Assembly (NCBI GenBank): GCA_964016885.1
Contig: OZ024751.1
Location: forward strand, 2,170,001-2,234,000
DNA length: 64,000 nucleotides
Origin: Eledone cirrhosa
Taxonomy: Eukaryota
Reading direction: 5' to 3'
Positions 41,830 through 56,480 of the stretch are shown in pieces. Below the pieces are notes generated by a model. It did no database searches, was not told where the DNA came from, and saw only the letters and a list, made by a program, of their open reading frames with translations. Made by a program: the position numbers and the translations under genes. How positions within the stretch are numbered: the first letter of the stretch is position 1; each line of letters opens with the position of its first letter.

Positions 41830-44800
41830 AACCTTCCCTGTTCAACTGTCATATTGAACCATCTCTGTATAACTGTCATGTTGAACCTTCTCTGTTGAAA
41901 TGTCATGTTGAACCTTCTTTGTTGAACTGTCATATTGAACCTTCTCTGTTGAACTGTCATGTTGAACCTTCTCTGTTGAACTGTCATATTGAACCTTCAC
42001 TGTTGAATTGTCATGTTGAACCTTCTCTGTTGAACTGTCATATTGAACCTTCCCTGTTCAACTGTCATATTGAACCATCTCGGTATAACTGTCATATTGA
42101 ACCTTCTCTTTATAACAGTCATATTGAACCTTCTCTGTTTAACTGTCATATTGAACCTTCTCTGTTGAACTGTGATGTTGGACCTTCTCTGCTGAACTGT
42201 CATGCTGAATCATCCCTGTTGAACTGTCATGTTGAACTTTCTCTGTTGAACTGTCATACTGAAGCTTCTCTGTTGAACTGTCATATTGAACATTTTCTGT
42301 TGAACTGTCATGCTGAACCTTGCCTGTTAAACTGTCATATTGAACTTTCTCTGTTGAACTGTCATGCTGAATCTTCCCTGTTTAACTGTCATGTTGGATC
42401 TTCTCTGTTGAACTGTCATATTGAACTTTCTCTGTTGCACTGTCATGCTGAACCTTCTCTGCTGAACTGTCATATTGAACCTTCCCTGTTGAACTGTCAT
42501 GTTGGACCTTCCCTGTTTAACTGTCATATTGAACCTTCCCTGTTGAACTGTCATATTGAACTTTCTCTGTTGAACTGTCATGCTGAACCTTCCCTGTCCA
42601 ACTGTAATGCTGAACCTTCTCTGTTGAACTGTCATATTGAACTTTCTCTGTTGAACTGTCATGCTGAACCTTCCCTGTTTAACTGTAATGCTGAACCTTC
42701 TCTGTTGAACTGTCATATTGAACTTTCTCTGTTGAACTGTCATGCTGAACCTTCCCAGTTGAACTGTCATGCTTAACCTTCCCTGTTTAACTGTCATATT
42801 GAACTTTCTCTGTTGAACTGTCATGCTGAACATTCCCTGCTGAACTGTCATGTTGAACCTTCTCTGTTGAACTGTCATGTTGAACCTTCTCTGTTGAACT
42901 GTCATATTGAACCTTTCCTGTTGAATTGTCATTGTGAACCTTCTCTGTTGAACTGTCATATTGAACCTTCCCTTTTGAACTGTCATGTTGAACCTTCTCT
43001 GTTTAACTGTCATATTGAACTTTCTCTGTTGAACTGTCATGCTGAACCTTCCCAGTAGAACTGTCATGCTGTACCTTCCCTGTTGAACTGTCATGCTGAA
43101 CCTACTCTGTTGAACTGTCATGCTGAACCTTCCCTGTTGAACTGTCATGTTGGATCTTCTCTGTTGAACTGTCATATTGTACCTTCCCTGTTGAACTGTC
43201 ATGTTGGACCTTCCCTGTTTAACTGTCATATTGAACCTTCCCTGTTGAACTGTCATATTGAACTTTCTCTGTTGAACTGTCATGCTGAACCTTCCCTGTT
43301 CAACTGTAATGCTGAACCTTCTCTGTTGAACTGTCATATTGAACTTTCTCTGTTGAACTGTCATGCTGAACCTTCCCTGTTTAACTGTAATGCTGAACCT
43401 TCTCTGTTGAACTGTCATATTGAACTTTCTCTGTTGAACTGTCATGCTGAACCTTCCCAGTTGAACTGTCATGCTTAACCTTCCCTGTTTAACTGTCATA
43501 TTGAAATTTCTCTGTTGAACTGTCATGCTGAACATTCCCTGCTGAACTGTCATATTGAACCTTCTCTGTTGAACTGTCATGTTGGACCTTCTCTGTTTTA
43601 CTGTCATATTGAACCTTCTCTGTTTAACTGTCATATTGAACCTTCTCTGTTTAACTGACATATTCAACCTACTCTGTTGAACTGTCATGCTGAACCTTCC
43701 CTGTTGAACTGTCATGCTGAACCTTCACTCTTTAACTGTCATATTGAACTTTCTCTGTTGAAGTGTCATGCTGAATCTTCCCTGTTTAACTGTCATGTTG
43801 GACCTTCTCTGTTGAACTGTCATATTGAACCTTCTCTGTTGAACTGTCATGTTGAACCTTCTCTGTTGAACTGTCATATTGAGCCTTCTCTGTTGAACTG
43901 TCATGTTGAACCTTCTCTGTTGAACTGTAATATTGAACCTTCCCTTTTTGAATTGCCATGTTGAACCTTCTCTGTTGAACTGTCATATTGAACCTTCCCT
44001 GTTCAACTGTCATATTGAACCATCTCTGTATAACTGTCATGTTGAACCTTCTCTGTTGAAATGTCATGTTAAACCTTCTTTGTTGAACTGTCATATTGAA
44101 CCTTCACTGTTGAATTGTCATGTTGAACCTTCTCTGTTGAACTGTCATATTGAACCTTCCCTGTTCAACTGTCATATTGAACCATCTTGGTATAACTGTC
44201 ATATTGAACCTTCTCTTTATAACTGTCATATTGAACCTTCTCTGTTTAACTGTCATATTGAACCTTCTCTGTTGAACTGTGATGTTGGACCTTCTCTGTT
44301 GAACTGTCATGTTGAACCTTCTCTGTTGAACTGTAATATTGAACCTTCCCTTTTTGAATTGCCATGTTCAACCTTCTCTGTTGAACTGTTATATTGAACC
44401 TTCCCTGTTCAACTGTCATGTTGAACCTTCTCTGTTTAACTGTCATATTGAACTTTCTCTGTTGAACTGTCATGCTGAACCTTCCTTGTTGAACTGTCAT
44501 GTTGAACTTTCTCTGTTGAACTGTCATGTTGAACCTTCTCTAGTGAACTGTCATATTGAACCTTCCCAGTTGAATAGTCATGTTGAACCTTCTCTGTTGA
44601 ACTGTCATGTTGAACCTTCCCTGTTCAACTGTCATATTGAACCATCTCTGTATAACTGTCATGTTGAACCTTCTCTGTTGAAATGTCATGTTGAACCTTC
44701 TTTGTTGAACTGTCATATTGAACCTTCTCTGTTGAACTGTCATGTTGAACCTTCTCTGTTGAACTGTCATATTGAACCTTCACTGTTGAATTGTCATGTT

Positions 44801-47500
44801 GAACCTTCTCTGTTGAACTGTCATATTGAACCTTCCCTGTTCAACTGTCATATTGAACCATCTCGGTATAACTGTCATATTGAACCTTCTCTTTATAACA
44901 GTCATATTGAACCTTCTCTGTTTAACTGTCATATTGAACCTTCTCTGTTGAACTGTGATGTTGGACCTTCTCTGCTGAACTGTCATGCTGAATCATCCCT
45001 GTTGAACTGTCATGTTGAACTTTCTCTGTTGAACTGTCATACTGAAGCTTCTCTGTTGAACTGTCATATTGAACATTTTCTGTTGAACTGTCATGCTGAA
45101 CCTTGCCTGTTAAACTGTCATATTGAACTTTCTCTGTTGAACTGTCATGCTGAATCTTCCCTGTTTAACTGTCATGTTGGATCTTCTCTGTTGAACTGTC
45201 ATATTGAACTTTCTCTGTTGCACTGTCATGCTGAACCTTCTCTGCTGAACTGTCATATTGAACCTTCCCTGTTGAACTGTCATGTTGGACCTTCCCTGTT
45301 TAACTGTCATATTGAACCTTCCCTGTTGAACTGTCATATTGAACTTTCTCTGTTGAACTGTCATGCTGAACCTTCCCTGTCCAACTGTAATGCTGAACCT
45401 TCTCTGTTGAACTGTCATATTGAACTTTCTCTGTTGAACTGTCATGCTGAACCTTCCCTGTTTAACTGTAATGCTGAACCTTCTCTGTTGAACTGTCATA
45501 TTGAACTTTCTCTGTTGAACTGTCATGCTGAACCTTCCCAGTTGAACTGTCATGCTTAACCTTCCCTGTTTAACTGTCATATTGAACTTTCTCTGTTGAA
45601 CTGTCATGCTGAACATTCCCTGCTGAACTGTCATGTTGAACCTTCTCTGTTGAACTGTCATGTTGAACCTTCTCTGTTGAACTGTCATATTGAACCTTTC
45701 CTGTTGAATTGTCATTGTGAACCTTCTCTGTTGAACTGTCATATTGAACCTTCCCTTTTGAACTGTCATGTTGAACCTTCTCTGTTTAACTGTCATATTG
45801 AACTTTCTCTGTTGAACTTTCATGTTGAACCTTCTCTGTTGAACTGTCATATTGAACCATCTCTGTAGAACTGTCATATTGAACCTTCTCTGCTTAACTG
45901 TCATATTGAACTTTCTCTGTTGAACTGTCATGCTGAACCTTCCCAGTAGAACTGTCATGCTGTACCTTCCCTGTTGAACTGTCATGCTGAACCTACTCTG
46001 TTGAACTGTCATGCTGAACCTTCCCTGTTGAACTGTCATGTTGGATCTTCTCTGTTGAACTGTCATATTGTACCTTCCCTGTTGAACTGTCATGTTGGAC
46101 CTTCCCTGTTTAACTGTCATATTGAACCTTCCCTGTTGAACTGTCATATTGAACTTTCTCTGTTGAACTGTCATGCTGAACCTTCCCTGTTCAACTGTAA
46201 TGCTGAACCTTCTCTGTTGAACTGTCATATTGAACTTTCTCTGTTGAACTGTCATGCTGAACCTTCCCTGTTTAACTGTAATGCTGAACCTTCTCTGTTG
46301 AACTGTCATATTGAACTTTCTCTGTTGAACTGTCATGCTGAACCTTCCCAGTTGAACTGTCATGCTTAACCTTCCCTGTTTAACTGTCATATTGAAATTT
46401 CTCTGTTGAACTGTCATGCTGAACATTCCCTGCTGAACTGTCATATTGAACCTTCTCTGTTGAACTGTCATGTTGGACCTTCTCTGTTTTACTGTCATAT
46501 TGAACCTTCTCTGTTTAACTGTCATATTGAACCTTCTCTGTTTAACTGACATATTCAACCTACTCTGTTGAACTGTCATGCTGAACCTTCCCTGTTGAAC
46601 TGTCATGCTGAACCTTCACTCTTTAACTGTCATATTGAACTTTCTCTGTTGAAGTGTCATGCTGAATCTTCCCTGTTTAACTGTCATGTTGGACCTTCTC
46701 TGTTGAACTGTCATATTGAACCTTCTCTGTTGAACTGTCATGTTGAACCTTCTCTGTTGAACTGTCATATTGAGCCTTCTCTGTTGAACTGTCATGTTGA
46801 ACCTTCTCTGTTGAACTGTAATATTGAACCTTCCCTTTTTGAATTGCCATGTTGAACCTTCTCTGTTGAACTGTCATATTGAACCTTCCCTGTTCAACTG
46901 TCATATTGAACCATCTCTGTATAACTGTCATGTTGAACCTTCTCTGTTGAAATGTCATGTTAAACCTTCTTTGTTGAACTGTCATATTGAACCTTCACTG
47001 TTGAATTGTCATGTTGAACCTTCTCTGTTGAACTGTCATATTGAACCTTCCCTGTTCAACTGTCATATTGAACCATCTTGGTATAACTGTCATATTGAAC
47101 CTTCTCTTTATAACTGTCATATTGAACCTTCTCTGTTTAACTGTCATATTGAACCTTCTCTGTTGAACTGTGATGTTGGACCTTCTCTGTTGAACTGTCA
47201 TGTTGAACCTTCTCTGTTGAACTGTAATATTGAACCTTCCCTTTTTGAATTGCCATGTTCAACCTTCTCTGTTGAACTGTTATATTGAACCTTCCCTGTT
47301 CAACTGTCATGTTGAACCTTCTCTGTTTAACTGTCATATTGAACTTTCTCTGTTGAACTGTCATGCTGAACCTTCCTTGTTGAACTGTCATGTTGAACTT
47401 TCTCTGTTGAACTGTCATGTTGAACCTTCTCTAGTGAACTGTCATATTGAACCTTCCCAGTTGAATAGTCATGTTGAACCTTCTCTGTTGAACTGTCATG
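41830..47500. repeat. Tandem duplication with 2783/2891-bp period (copies differ by 4 monomers)
   Basis: ORF offsets are 2783 (41997/44780, 42327/45110, 42813/45596) and then 2891 (43083/45974, 43677/46568, 43933/46824, 44339/47230). Confidence 0.88.
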
Positions 47501-50500
47501 TTGAACCTTCCCTGTTCAACTGTCATATTGAACCATCTCTGTATAACTGTCATGTTGAACCTTCTCTGTTGAAATGTCATGTTGAACCTTCTTTGTTGAA
47601 CTGTCATATTGAACCTTCTCTGTTGAACTGTCATGTTGAACCTTCTCTGTTGAACTGTCATATTGAACCTTCACTGTTGAATTGTCATGTTGAACCTTCT
47701 CTGTTGAACTGTCATATTGAACCTTCCCTGTTCAACTGTCATGTTGAACCTTCTTTGTTGAACTGTCATATTGAACCTTCTCTTTATAACTGTCATATTG
47801 AACCTTCTCTGTTTAACTGTCATATTGAACCTTCTCTGTTGAACTGTGATGTTGGACCTTCTCTGTTGAACTGTCATGCTGAACCTTCCCTGTTGAACTG
47901 TGATGCTGAACCTTCCCTCTTTAACTGTCATGCTGAACCTTCCCTGTTAAACTGTCATATTGAACTTTCTCTGTTGAACTGTCATGCTGAATCTTCCCTG
48001 TTTACCTGTCATGTTGGATCTTCTCTGTTGAACTGTCATATTGAACTTTCTCTGTTGCACTGTCATGCTGAACCTTCTCTGCTGAACTGTCATGTTGAAC
48101 CTTCTCTGTTGAACTGTCATGTTGAACCTTCTCTGTTGAACTGTCATATTGAACCTTTCCTGTTGAATTGTCATTGTGAACCTTCTCTGTTGAACTGTCA
48201 TATTGAACCTTCCCTTTTGAACTGTCATGTTGAACCTTCTCTGTTTAACTGTCATATTGAACTTTCTCTGTTGAACTGTCATGTTGAACCTTCTCTGTTG
48301 AACTGTCATATTGAACCATCTCTGTAGAACTGTCATATTGATCCTTCTCTGCTTAACTGTCATATTGAACTTTCTCTGTTGAACTGTCATGCTGAACCTT
48401 CCCTGTAGAACTGTCATGCTGTACCTTCCCTGTTGAACTGTCATGCTGAACCTACTCTGTTGAACTGTCATGCTGAACCTTCCCTGTTGAACTGTCATGT
48501 TGGATCTTCTCTGTTGAACTGTCATATTGTACCTTCCCTGTTGAACTGTCATGTTGGATCTTCCCTGTTTAACTGTCATATTGAACCTTCCCTGTTGAAC
48601 TGTCATGCTGAACCTTCCCTGTTGAATTGTCATGCTGAACCTTCCCTGTTCAACTGTAATGCTGAACCTTCTCTGTTGAACTGTCATATTGAACTTTCTC
48701 TGTTGAACTGTCATGCTGAACCTTCCCTGTTTAACTGTAATGCTGAACCTTCTCTGTTGAACTGTCATATTGAACTTTCTCTGTTGAACTGTCATGCTGA
48801 ACCTTCCCAGTTGAACTGTCATGCTTAACCTTCCCTGTTTAACTGTCATATTGAACTTTCTCTGTTGAACTGTCATGCTGAACATTCCCTGCTGAACTGT
48901 CATATTGAACCTTCTCTGTTGAACTGTCATGTTGGACCTTCTCTGTTGAACTGTCATGTTGAACCTTCTCTGTTGAACTGTAATATTGAACCTTCCCTTT
49001 TTGAATTGCCATGTTCAACCTTCTCTGTTGAACTGTTATATTGAACCTTCCCTGTTCAACTGTCATGTTGAACCTTCTCTGTTTAACTGTCATATTGAAC
49101 TTTCTCTGTTGAACTGTCATGCTGAACCTTCCTTGTTGAACTGTCATGTTGAACTTTCTCTGTTGAACTGTCATGTTGAACCTTCTCTAGTGAACTGTCA
49201 TATTGAACCTTCCCAGTTGAATAGTCATGTTGAACCTTCTCTGTTGAACTGTCATGTTGAACCTTCCCTGTTCAACTGTCATATTGAACCATCTCTGTAT
49301 AACTGTCATGTTGAACCTTCTCTGTTGAAATGTCATGTTGAACCTTCTTTGTTGAACTGTCATATTGAACCTTCTCTGTTGAACTGTCATGTTGAACCTT
49401 CTCTGTTGAACTGTCATATTGAACCTTCACTGTTGAATTGTCATGTTGAACCTTCTCTGTTGAACTGTCATATTGAACCTTCCCTGTTCAACTGTCATGT
49501 TGAACCTTCTTTGTTGAACTGTCATATTGAACCTTCTCTTTATAACTGTCATATTGAACCTTCTCTGTTTAACTGTCATATTGAACCTTCTCTGTTGAAC
49601 TGTGATGTTGGACCTTCTCTGCTGAACTGTCATGCTGAATCTTCCCTGTTGAACTGTCATGTTGAACTTTCTCTGTTGAACTGTCATACTGAAGCTTCTC
49701 TGTTGAACTGTCATATTGAAAATTTTCTGTTGAACTGTCATGCTGAACCTTCCCTGTTGAACTGTGATGCTGAACCTTCCCTCTTTAACTGTCATGCTGA
49801 ACCTTCCCTGTTAAACTGTCATATTGAACTTTCTCTGTTGAACTGTCATGCTGAATCTTCCCTGTTTAACTGTCATGTTGGATCTTCTCTGTTGAACTGT
49901 CATATTGAACTTTCTCTGTTGCACTGTCATGCTGAACCTTCTCTGCTGAACTGTCATGTTGAACCTTCTCTGTTGAACTGTCATGTTGAACCTTCTCTGT
50001 TGAACTGTCATATTGAACCTTTCCTGTTGAATTGTCATTGTGAACCTTCTCTGTTGAACTGTCATATTGAACCTTCCCTTTTGAACTGTCATGTTGAACC
50101 TTCTCTGTTTAACTGTCATATTGAACTTTCTCTGTTGAACTGTCATGTTGAACCTTCTCTGTTGAACTGTCATATCGAACCATCTCTGTAGAACTGTCAT
50201 ATTGAACCTTCTCTGCTTAACTGTCATATTGAACTTTCTCTGTTGAACTGTCATGCTGAACCTTCCCTGTAGAACTGTCATGCTGTACCTTCCCTGTTGA
50301 ACTGTCATGCTGAACCTACTCTGTTGAACTGTCATGCTGAACCTTCCCTGTTGAACTGTCATGTTGGATCTTCTCTGTTGAACTGTCATATTGTACCTTC
50401 CCTGTTGAACTGTCATGTTGGATCTTCCCTGTTTAACTGTCATATTGAACCTTCCCTGTTGAACTGTCATATTGAAGTTTCTCTGTTGAATTGTCATGCT

Positions 50501-53500
50501 GAACCTTCCCTGTTCAACTATAATGCTGAACCTTCTCTGTTGAACTGTCATATTGAACTTTCTCTGTTGAACTGTCATGCTGAACCTTCCCTGTTTAACT
50601 GTAATGCTGAACCTTCTCTGTTGAACTGTCATATTGAACTTTCTCTGTTGAACTGTCATGCTGAACCTTCCCAGTTGAACTGTCATGCTTAACCTTCCCT
50701 GTTTAACTGTCATATTGAAATTTCTCTGTTGAACTGTCATGCTGAACATTCCCTGCTGAACTGTCATATTGAACCTTCTCTGTTGAACTGTCATGTTGGA
50801 CCTTCTCTGTTTTACTGTCATATTGAACCTTCTCTGTTTAACTGTCATATTGAACCTTCTCTGTTTAACTGACATATTCAACCTACTCTGTTGAACTGTC
50901 ATGCTGAACCTTCCCTGTTGAACTGTCATGCTGAACCTTCACTCTTTAACTGTCATATTGAACTTTCTCTGTTGAAGTGTCATGCTGAATCTTCCCTGTT
51001 TAACTGTCATGTTGGACCTTCTCTGTTGAACTGTCATATTGAACCTTCTCTGTTGAACTGTCATGTTGAACCTTCTCTGTTGAACTGTCATATTGAGCCT
51101 TCTCTGTTGAACTGTCATATTGAACCTTTCCTGTTGAATTGTCATTGTGAACCTTCTCTGTTGAACTGTCATATTGAACCTTCCCTTTTGAACTGTCATG
51201 TTGAACCTTCTCTGTTTAACTGTCATATTGAACTTTCTCTGTTGAACTTTCATGTTGAACCTTCTCTGTTGAACTGTCATATTGAACCATCTCTGTAGAA
51301 CTGTCATATTGAACCTTCTCTGCTTAACTGTCATATTGAACTTTCTCTGTTGAACTGTCATGCTGAACCTTCCCAGTAGAACTGTCATGCTGTACCTTCC
51401 CTGTTGAACTGTCATGCTGAACCTACTCTGTTGAACTGTCATGCTGAACCTTCCCTGTTGAACTGTCATGTTGGATCTTCTCTGTTGAACTGTCATATTG
51501 TACCTTCCCTGTTGAACTGTCATGTTGGACCTTCCCTGTTTAACTGTCATATTGAACCTTCCCTGTTGAACTGTCATATTGAACTTTCTCTGTTGAACTG
51601 TCATGCTGAACCTTCCCTGTTCAACTGTAATGCTGAACCTTCTCTGTTGAACTGTCATATTGAACTTTCTCTGTTGAACTGTCATGCTGAACCTTCCCTG
51701 TTTAACTGTAATGCTGAACCTTCTCTGTTGAACTGTCATATTGAACTTTCTCTGTTGAACTGTCATGCTGAACCTTCCCAGTTGAACTGTCATGCATAAC
51801 CTTCCCTGTTTAACTGTCATATTGAAATTTCTCTGTTGAACTGTCATGCTGAACATTCCCTGCTGAACTGTCATATTGAACCTTCTCTGTTGAACTGTCA
51901 TGTTGGACCTTCTCTGTTTTACTGTCATATTGAACCTTCTCTGTTTAACTGTCATATTGAACCTTCTCTGTTTAACTGACATATTCAACCTACTCTGTTG
52001 AACTGTCATGCTGAACCTTCCCTGTTGAACTGTCATGCTGAACCTTCACTCTTTAACTGTCATATTGAACTTTCTCTGTTGAAGTGTCATGCTGAATCTT
52101 CCCTGTTTAACTGTCATGTTGGACCTTCTCTGTTGAACTGTCATATTGAACCTTCTCTGTTGAACTGTCATGTTGAACCTTCTCTGTTGAACTGTCATAT
52201 TGAGCCTTCTCTGTTGAACTGTCATGTTGAACCTTCTCTGTTGAACTGTAATATTGAACCTTCCCTTTTTGAATTGCCATGTTGAACCTTCTCTGTTGAA
52301 CTGTCATATTGAACCTTCCCTGTTCAACTGTCATATTGAACCATCTCTGTATAACTGTCATGTTGAACCTTCTCTGTTGAAATGTCATGTTAAACCTTCT
52401 TTGTTGAACTGTCATATTGAACCTTCACTGTTGAATTGTCATGTTGAACCTTCTCTGTTGAACTGTCATATTGAACCTTCCCTGTTCAACTGTCATATTG
52501 AACCATCTTGGTATAACTGTCATATTGAACCTTCTCTTTATAACTGTCATATTGAACCTTCTCTGTTTAACTGTCATATTGAACCTTCTCTGTTGAACTG
52601 TGATGTTGGACCTTCTCTGTTGAACTGTCATGTTGAACCTTCTCTGTTGAACTGTAATATTGAACCTTCCCTTTTTGAATTGCCATGTTCAACCTTCTCT
52701 GTTGAACTGTTATATTGAACCTTCCCTGTTCAACTGTCATGTTGAACCTTCTCTGTTTAACTGTCATATTGAACTTTCTCTGTTGAACTGTCATGCTGAA
52801 CCTTCCTTGTTGAACTGTCATGTTGAACTTTCTCTGTTGAACTGTCATGTTGAACCTTCTCTAGTGAACTGTCATATTGAACCTTCCCAGTTGAATAGTC
52901 ATGTTGAACCTTCTCTGTTGAACTGTCATGTTGAACCTTCCCTGTTCAACTGTCATATTGAACCATCTCTGTATAACTGTCATGTTGAACCTTCTCTGTT
53001 GAAATGTCATGTTGAACCTTCTTTGTTGAACTGTCATATTGAACCTTCTCTGTTGAACTGTCATGTTGAACCTTCTCTGTTGAACTGTCATATTGAACCT
53101 TCACTGTTGAATTGTCATGTTGAACCTTCTCTGTTGAACTGTCATATTGAACCTTCCCTGTTCAACTGTCATGTTGAACCTTCTTTGTTGAACTGTCATA
53201 TTGAACCTTCTCTTTATAACTGTCATATTGAACCTTCTCTGTTTAACTGTCATATTGAACCTTCTCTGTTGAACTGTGATGTTGGACCTTCTCTGTTGAA
53301 CTGTCATGCTGAACCTTCCCTGTTGAACTGTGATGCTGAACCTTCCCTCTTTAACTGTCATGCTGAACCTTCCCTGTTAAACTGTCATATTGAACTTTCT
53401 CTGTTGAACTGTCATGCTGAATCTTCCCTGTTTAACTGTCATGTTGGATCTTCTCTGTTGAACTGTCATATTGAACTTTCTCTGTTGCACTGTCATGCTG

Positions 53501-56480
53501 AACCTTCTCTGCTGAACTGTCATGTTGAACCTTCTCTGTTGAACTGTCATGTTGAACCTTCTCTGTTGAACTGTCATATTGAACCTTTCCTGTTGAATTG
53601 TCATTGTGAACCTTCTCTGTTGAACTGTCATATTGAACCTTCCCTTTTGAACTGTCATGTTGAACCTTCTCTGTTTAACTGTCATATTGAACTTTCTCTG
53701 TTGAACTGTCATGTTGAACCTTCTCTGTTGAACTGTCATATTGAACCATCTCTGTAGAACTGTCATATTGAACCTTCTCTGCTTAACTGTCATATTGAAC
53801 TTTCTCTGTTGAACTGTCATGCTGAACCTTCCCTGTAGAACTGTCATGCTGTACCTTCCCTGTTGAACTGTCATGCTGAACCTACTCTGTTGAACTGTCA
53901 TGCTGAACCTTCCCTGTTGAACTGTCATGTTGGATCTTCTCTGTTGAACTGTCATATTGTACCTTCCCTGTTGAACTGTCATGTTGGATCTTCCCTGTTT
54001 AACTGTCATATTGAACCTTCCCTGTTGAACTGTCATGCTGAACCTTCCCTGTTGAATTGTCATGCTGAACCTTCCCTGTTCAACTGTAATGCTGAACCTT
54101 CTCTGTTGAACTGTCATATTGAACTTTCTCTGTTGAACTGTCATGCTGAACCTTCCCTGTTTAACTGTAATGCTGAACCTTCTCTGTTGAACTGTCATAT
54201 TGAACTTTCTCTGTTGAACTGTCATGCTGAACCTTCCCAGTTGAACTGTCATGCTTAACCTTCCCTGTTTAACTGTCATATTGAACTTTCTCTGTTGAAC
54301 TGTCATGCTGAACATTCCCTGCTGAACTGTCATATTGAACCTTCTCTGTTGAACTGTCATGTTGGACCTTCTCTGTTGAACTGTCATGTTGAACCTTCTC
54401 TGTTGAACTGTAATATTGAACCTTCCCTTTTTGAATTGCCATGTTCAACCTTCTCTGTTGAACTGTTATATTGAACCTTCCCTGTTCAACTGTCATGTTG
54501 AACCTTCTCTGTTTAACTGTCATATTGAACTTTCTCTGTTGAACTGTCATGCTGAACCTTCCTTGTTGAACTGTCATGTTGAACTTTCTCTGTTGAACTG
54601 TCATGTTGAACCTTCTCTAGTGAACTGTCATATTGAACCTTCCCAGTTGAATAGTCATGTTGAACCTTCTCTGTTGAACTGTCATGTTGAACCTTCCCTG
54701 TTCAACTGTCATATTGAACCATCTCTGTATAACTGTCATGTTGAACCTTCTCTGTTGAAATGTCATGTTGAACCTTCTTTGTTGAACTGTCATATTGAAC
54801 CTTCTCTGTTGAACTGTCATGTTGAACCTTCTCTGTTGAACTGTCATATTGAACCTTCACTGTTGAATTGTCATGTTGAACCTTCTCTGTTGAACTGTCA
54901 TATTGAACCTTCCCTGTTCAACTGTCATGTTGAACCTTCTTTGTTGAACTGTCATATTGAACCTTCTCTTTATAACTGTCATATTGAACCTTCTCTGTTT
55001 AACTGTCATATTGAACCTTCTCTGTTGAACTGTGATGTTGGACCTTCTCTGCTGAACTGTCATGCTGAATCTTCCCTGTTGAACTGTCATGTTGAACTTT
55101 CTCTGTTGAACTGTCATACTGAAGCTTCTCTGTTGAACTGTCATATTGAACATTTTCTGTTGAACTGTCATGCTGAACCTTCCCTGTTGAACTGTGATGC
55201 TGAACCTTCCCTCTTTAACTGTCATGCTGAACCTTCCCTGTTAAACTGTCATATTGAACTTTCTCTGTTGAACTGTCATGCTGAATCTTCCCTGTTTAAC
55301 TGTCATGTTGGATCTTCTCTGTTGAACTGTCATATTGAACTTTCTCTGTTGCACTGTCATGTTGAACCTTCTCTGTTGAACTGTCATATTGAACCTTTCC
55401 TGTTGAATTGTCATTGTGAACCTTCTCTGTTGAACTGTCATATTGAACCTTCCCTTTTGAACTGTCATGTTGAACCTTCTCTGTTTAACTGTCATATTGA
55501 ACTTTCTCTGTTGAACTGTCATGTTGAACCTTCTCTGTTGAACTGTCATATTGAACCATCTCTGTAGAACTGTCATATTGAACCTTCTCTGCTTAACTGT
55601 CATATTGAACTTTCTCTGTTGAACTGTCATGCTGAACCTTCCCTGTAGAACTGTCATGCTGTACCTTCCCTGTTGAACTGTCATGCTGAACCTACTCTGT
55701 TGAACTGTCATGCTGAACCTTCCCTGTTGAACTGTCATGTTGGATCTTCTCTGTTGAACTGTCATATTGTACCTTCCCTGTTGAACTGTCATGTTGGATC
55801 TTCCCTGTTTAACTGTCATATTGAACCTTCCCTGTTGAACTGTCATATTGAAGTTTCTCTGTTGAATTGTCATGCTGAACCTTCCCTGTTCAACTGTAAT
55901 GCTGAACCTTCTCTGTTGAACTGTCATATTGAACTTTCTCTGTTGAACTGTCATGCTGAACCTTCCCTGTTTAACTGTAATGCTGAACCTTCTCTGTTGA
56001 ACTGTCATATTGAACTTTCTCTGTTGAACTGTCATGCTGAACCTTCCCAGTTGAACTGTCATGCTTAACCTTCCCTGTTTAACTGTCATATTGAACTTTC
56101 TCTGTTGAACTGTCATGCTGAACATTCCCTGCTGAACTGTCATATTGAACCTTCTCTGTTGAACTGTCATGTTGGACCTTCTCTGTTTTACTGTCATATT
56201 GAACCTTCTCTGTTTAACTGTCATATTGAACCTTCTCTGTTTAACTGACATATTCAACCTACTCTGTTGAATTGTCATGCTGAACCTTCCCTGTTGAACT
56301 GTCATGCTGAACCTTCACTCTTTAACTGTTATATTGAACTTTCTCTGTTGAAGTGTCATGCTGAATCTTCCCTGTTTAACTGTCATGTTGGACCTTCTCT
56401 GTTGAACTGTCATATTGAACCTTCTCTGTTGAACTGTCATGTTGAACCTTCTCTGTTGAACTGTCATATTGAGCCTTCTC
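45670..56480. repeat. Tandem duplication with 5430-bp period (201 monomers + 3 bp)
   Basis: ORF pairs 45974/51404, 46568/51998, 47230/52660, 47947/53377, 48986/54416 and 49811/55241 are all offset by 5430; the offset drops to 5376 after a 54-bp loss near 55350. Confidence 0.93.
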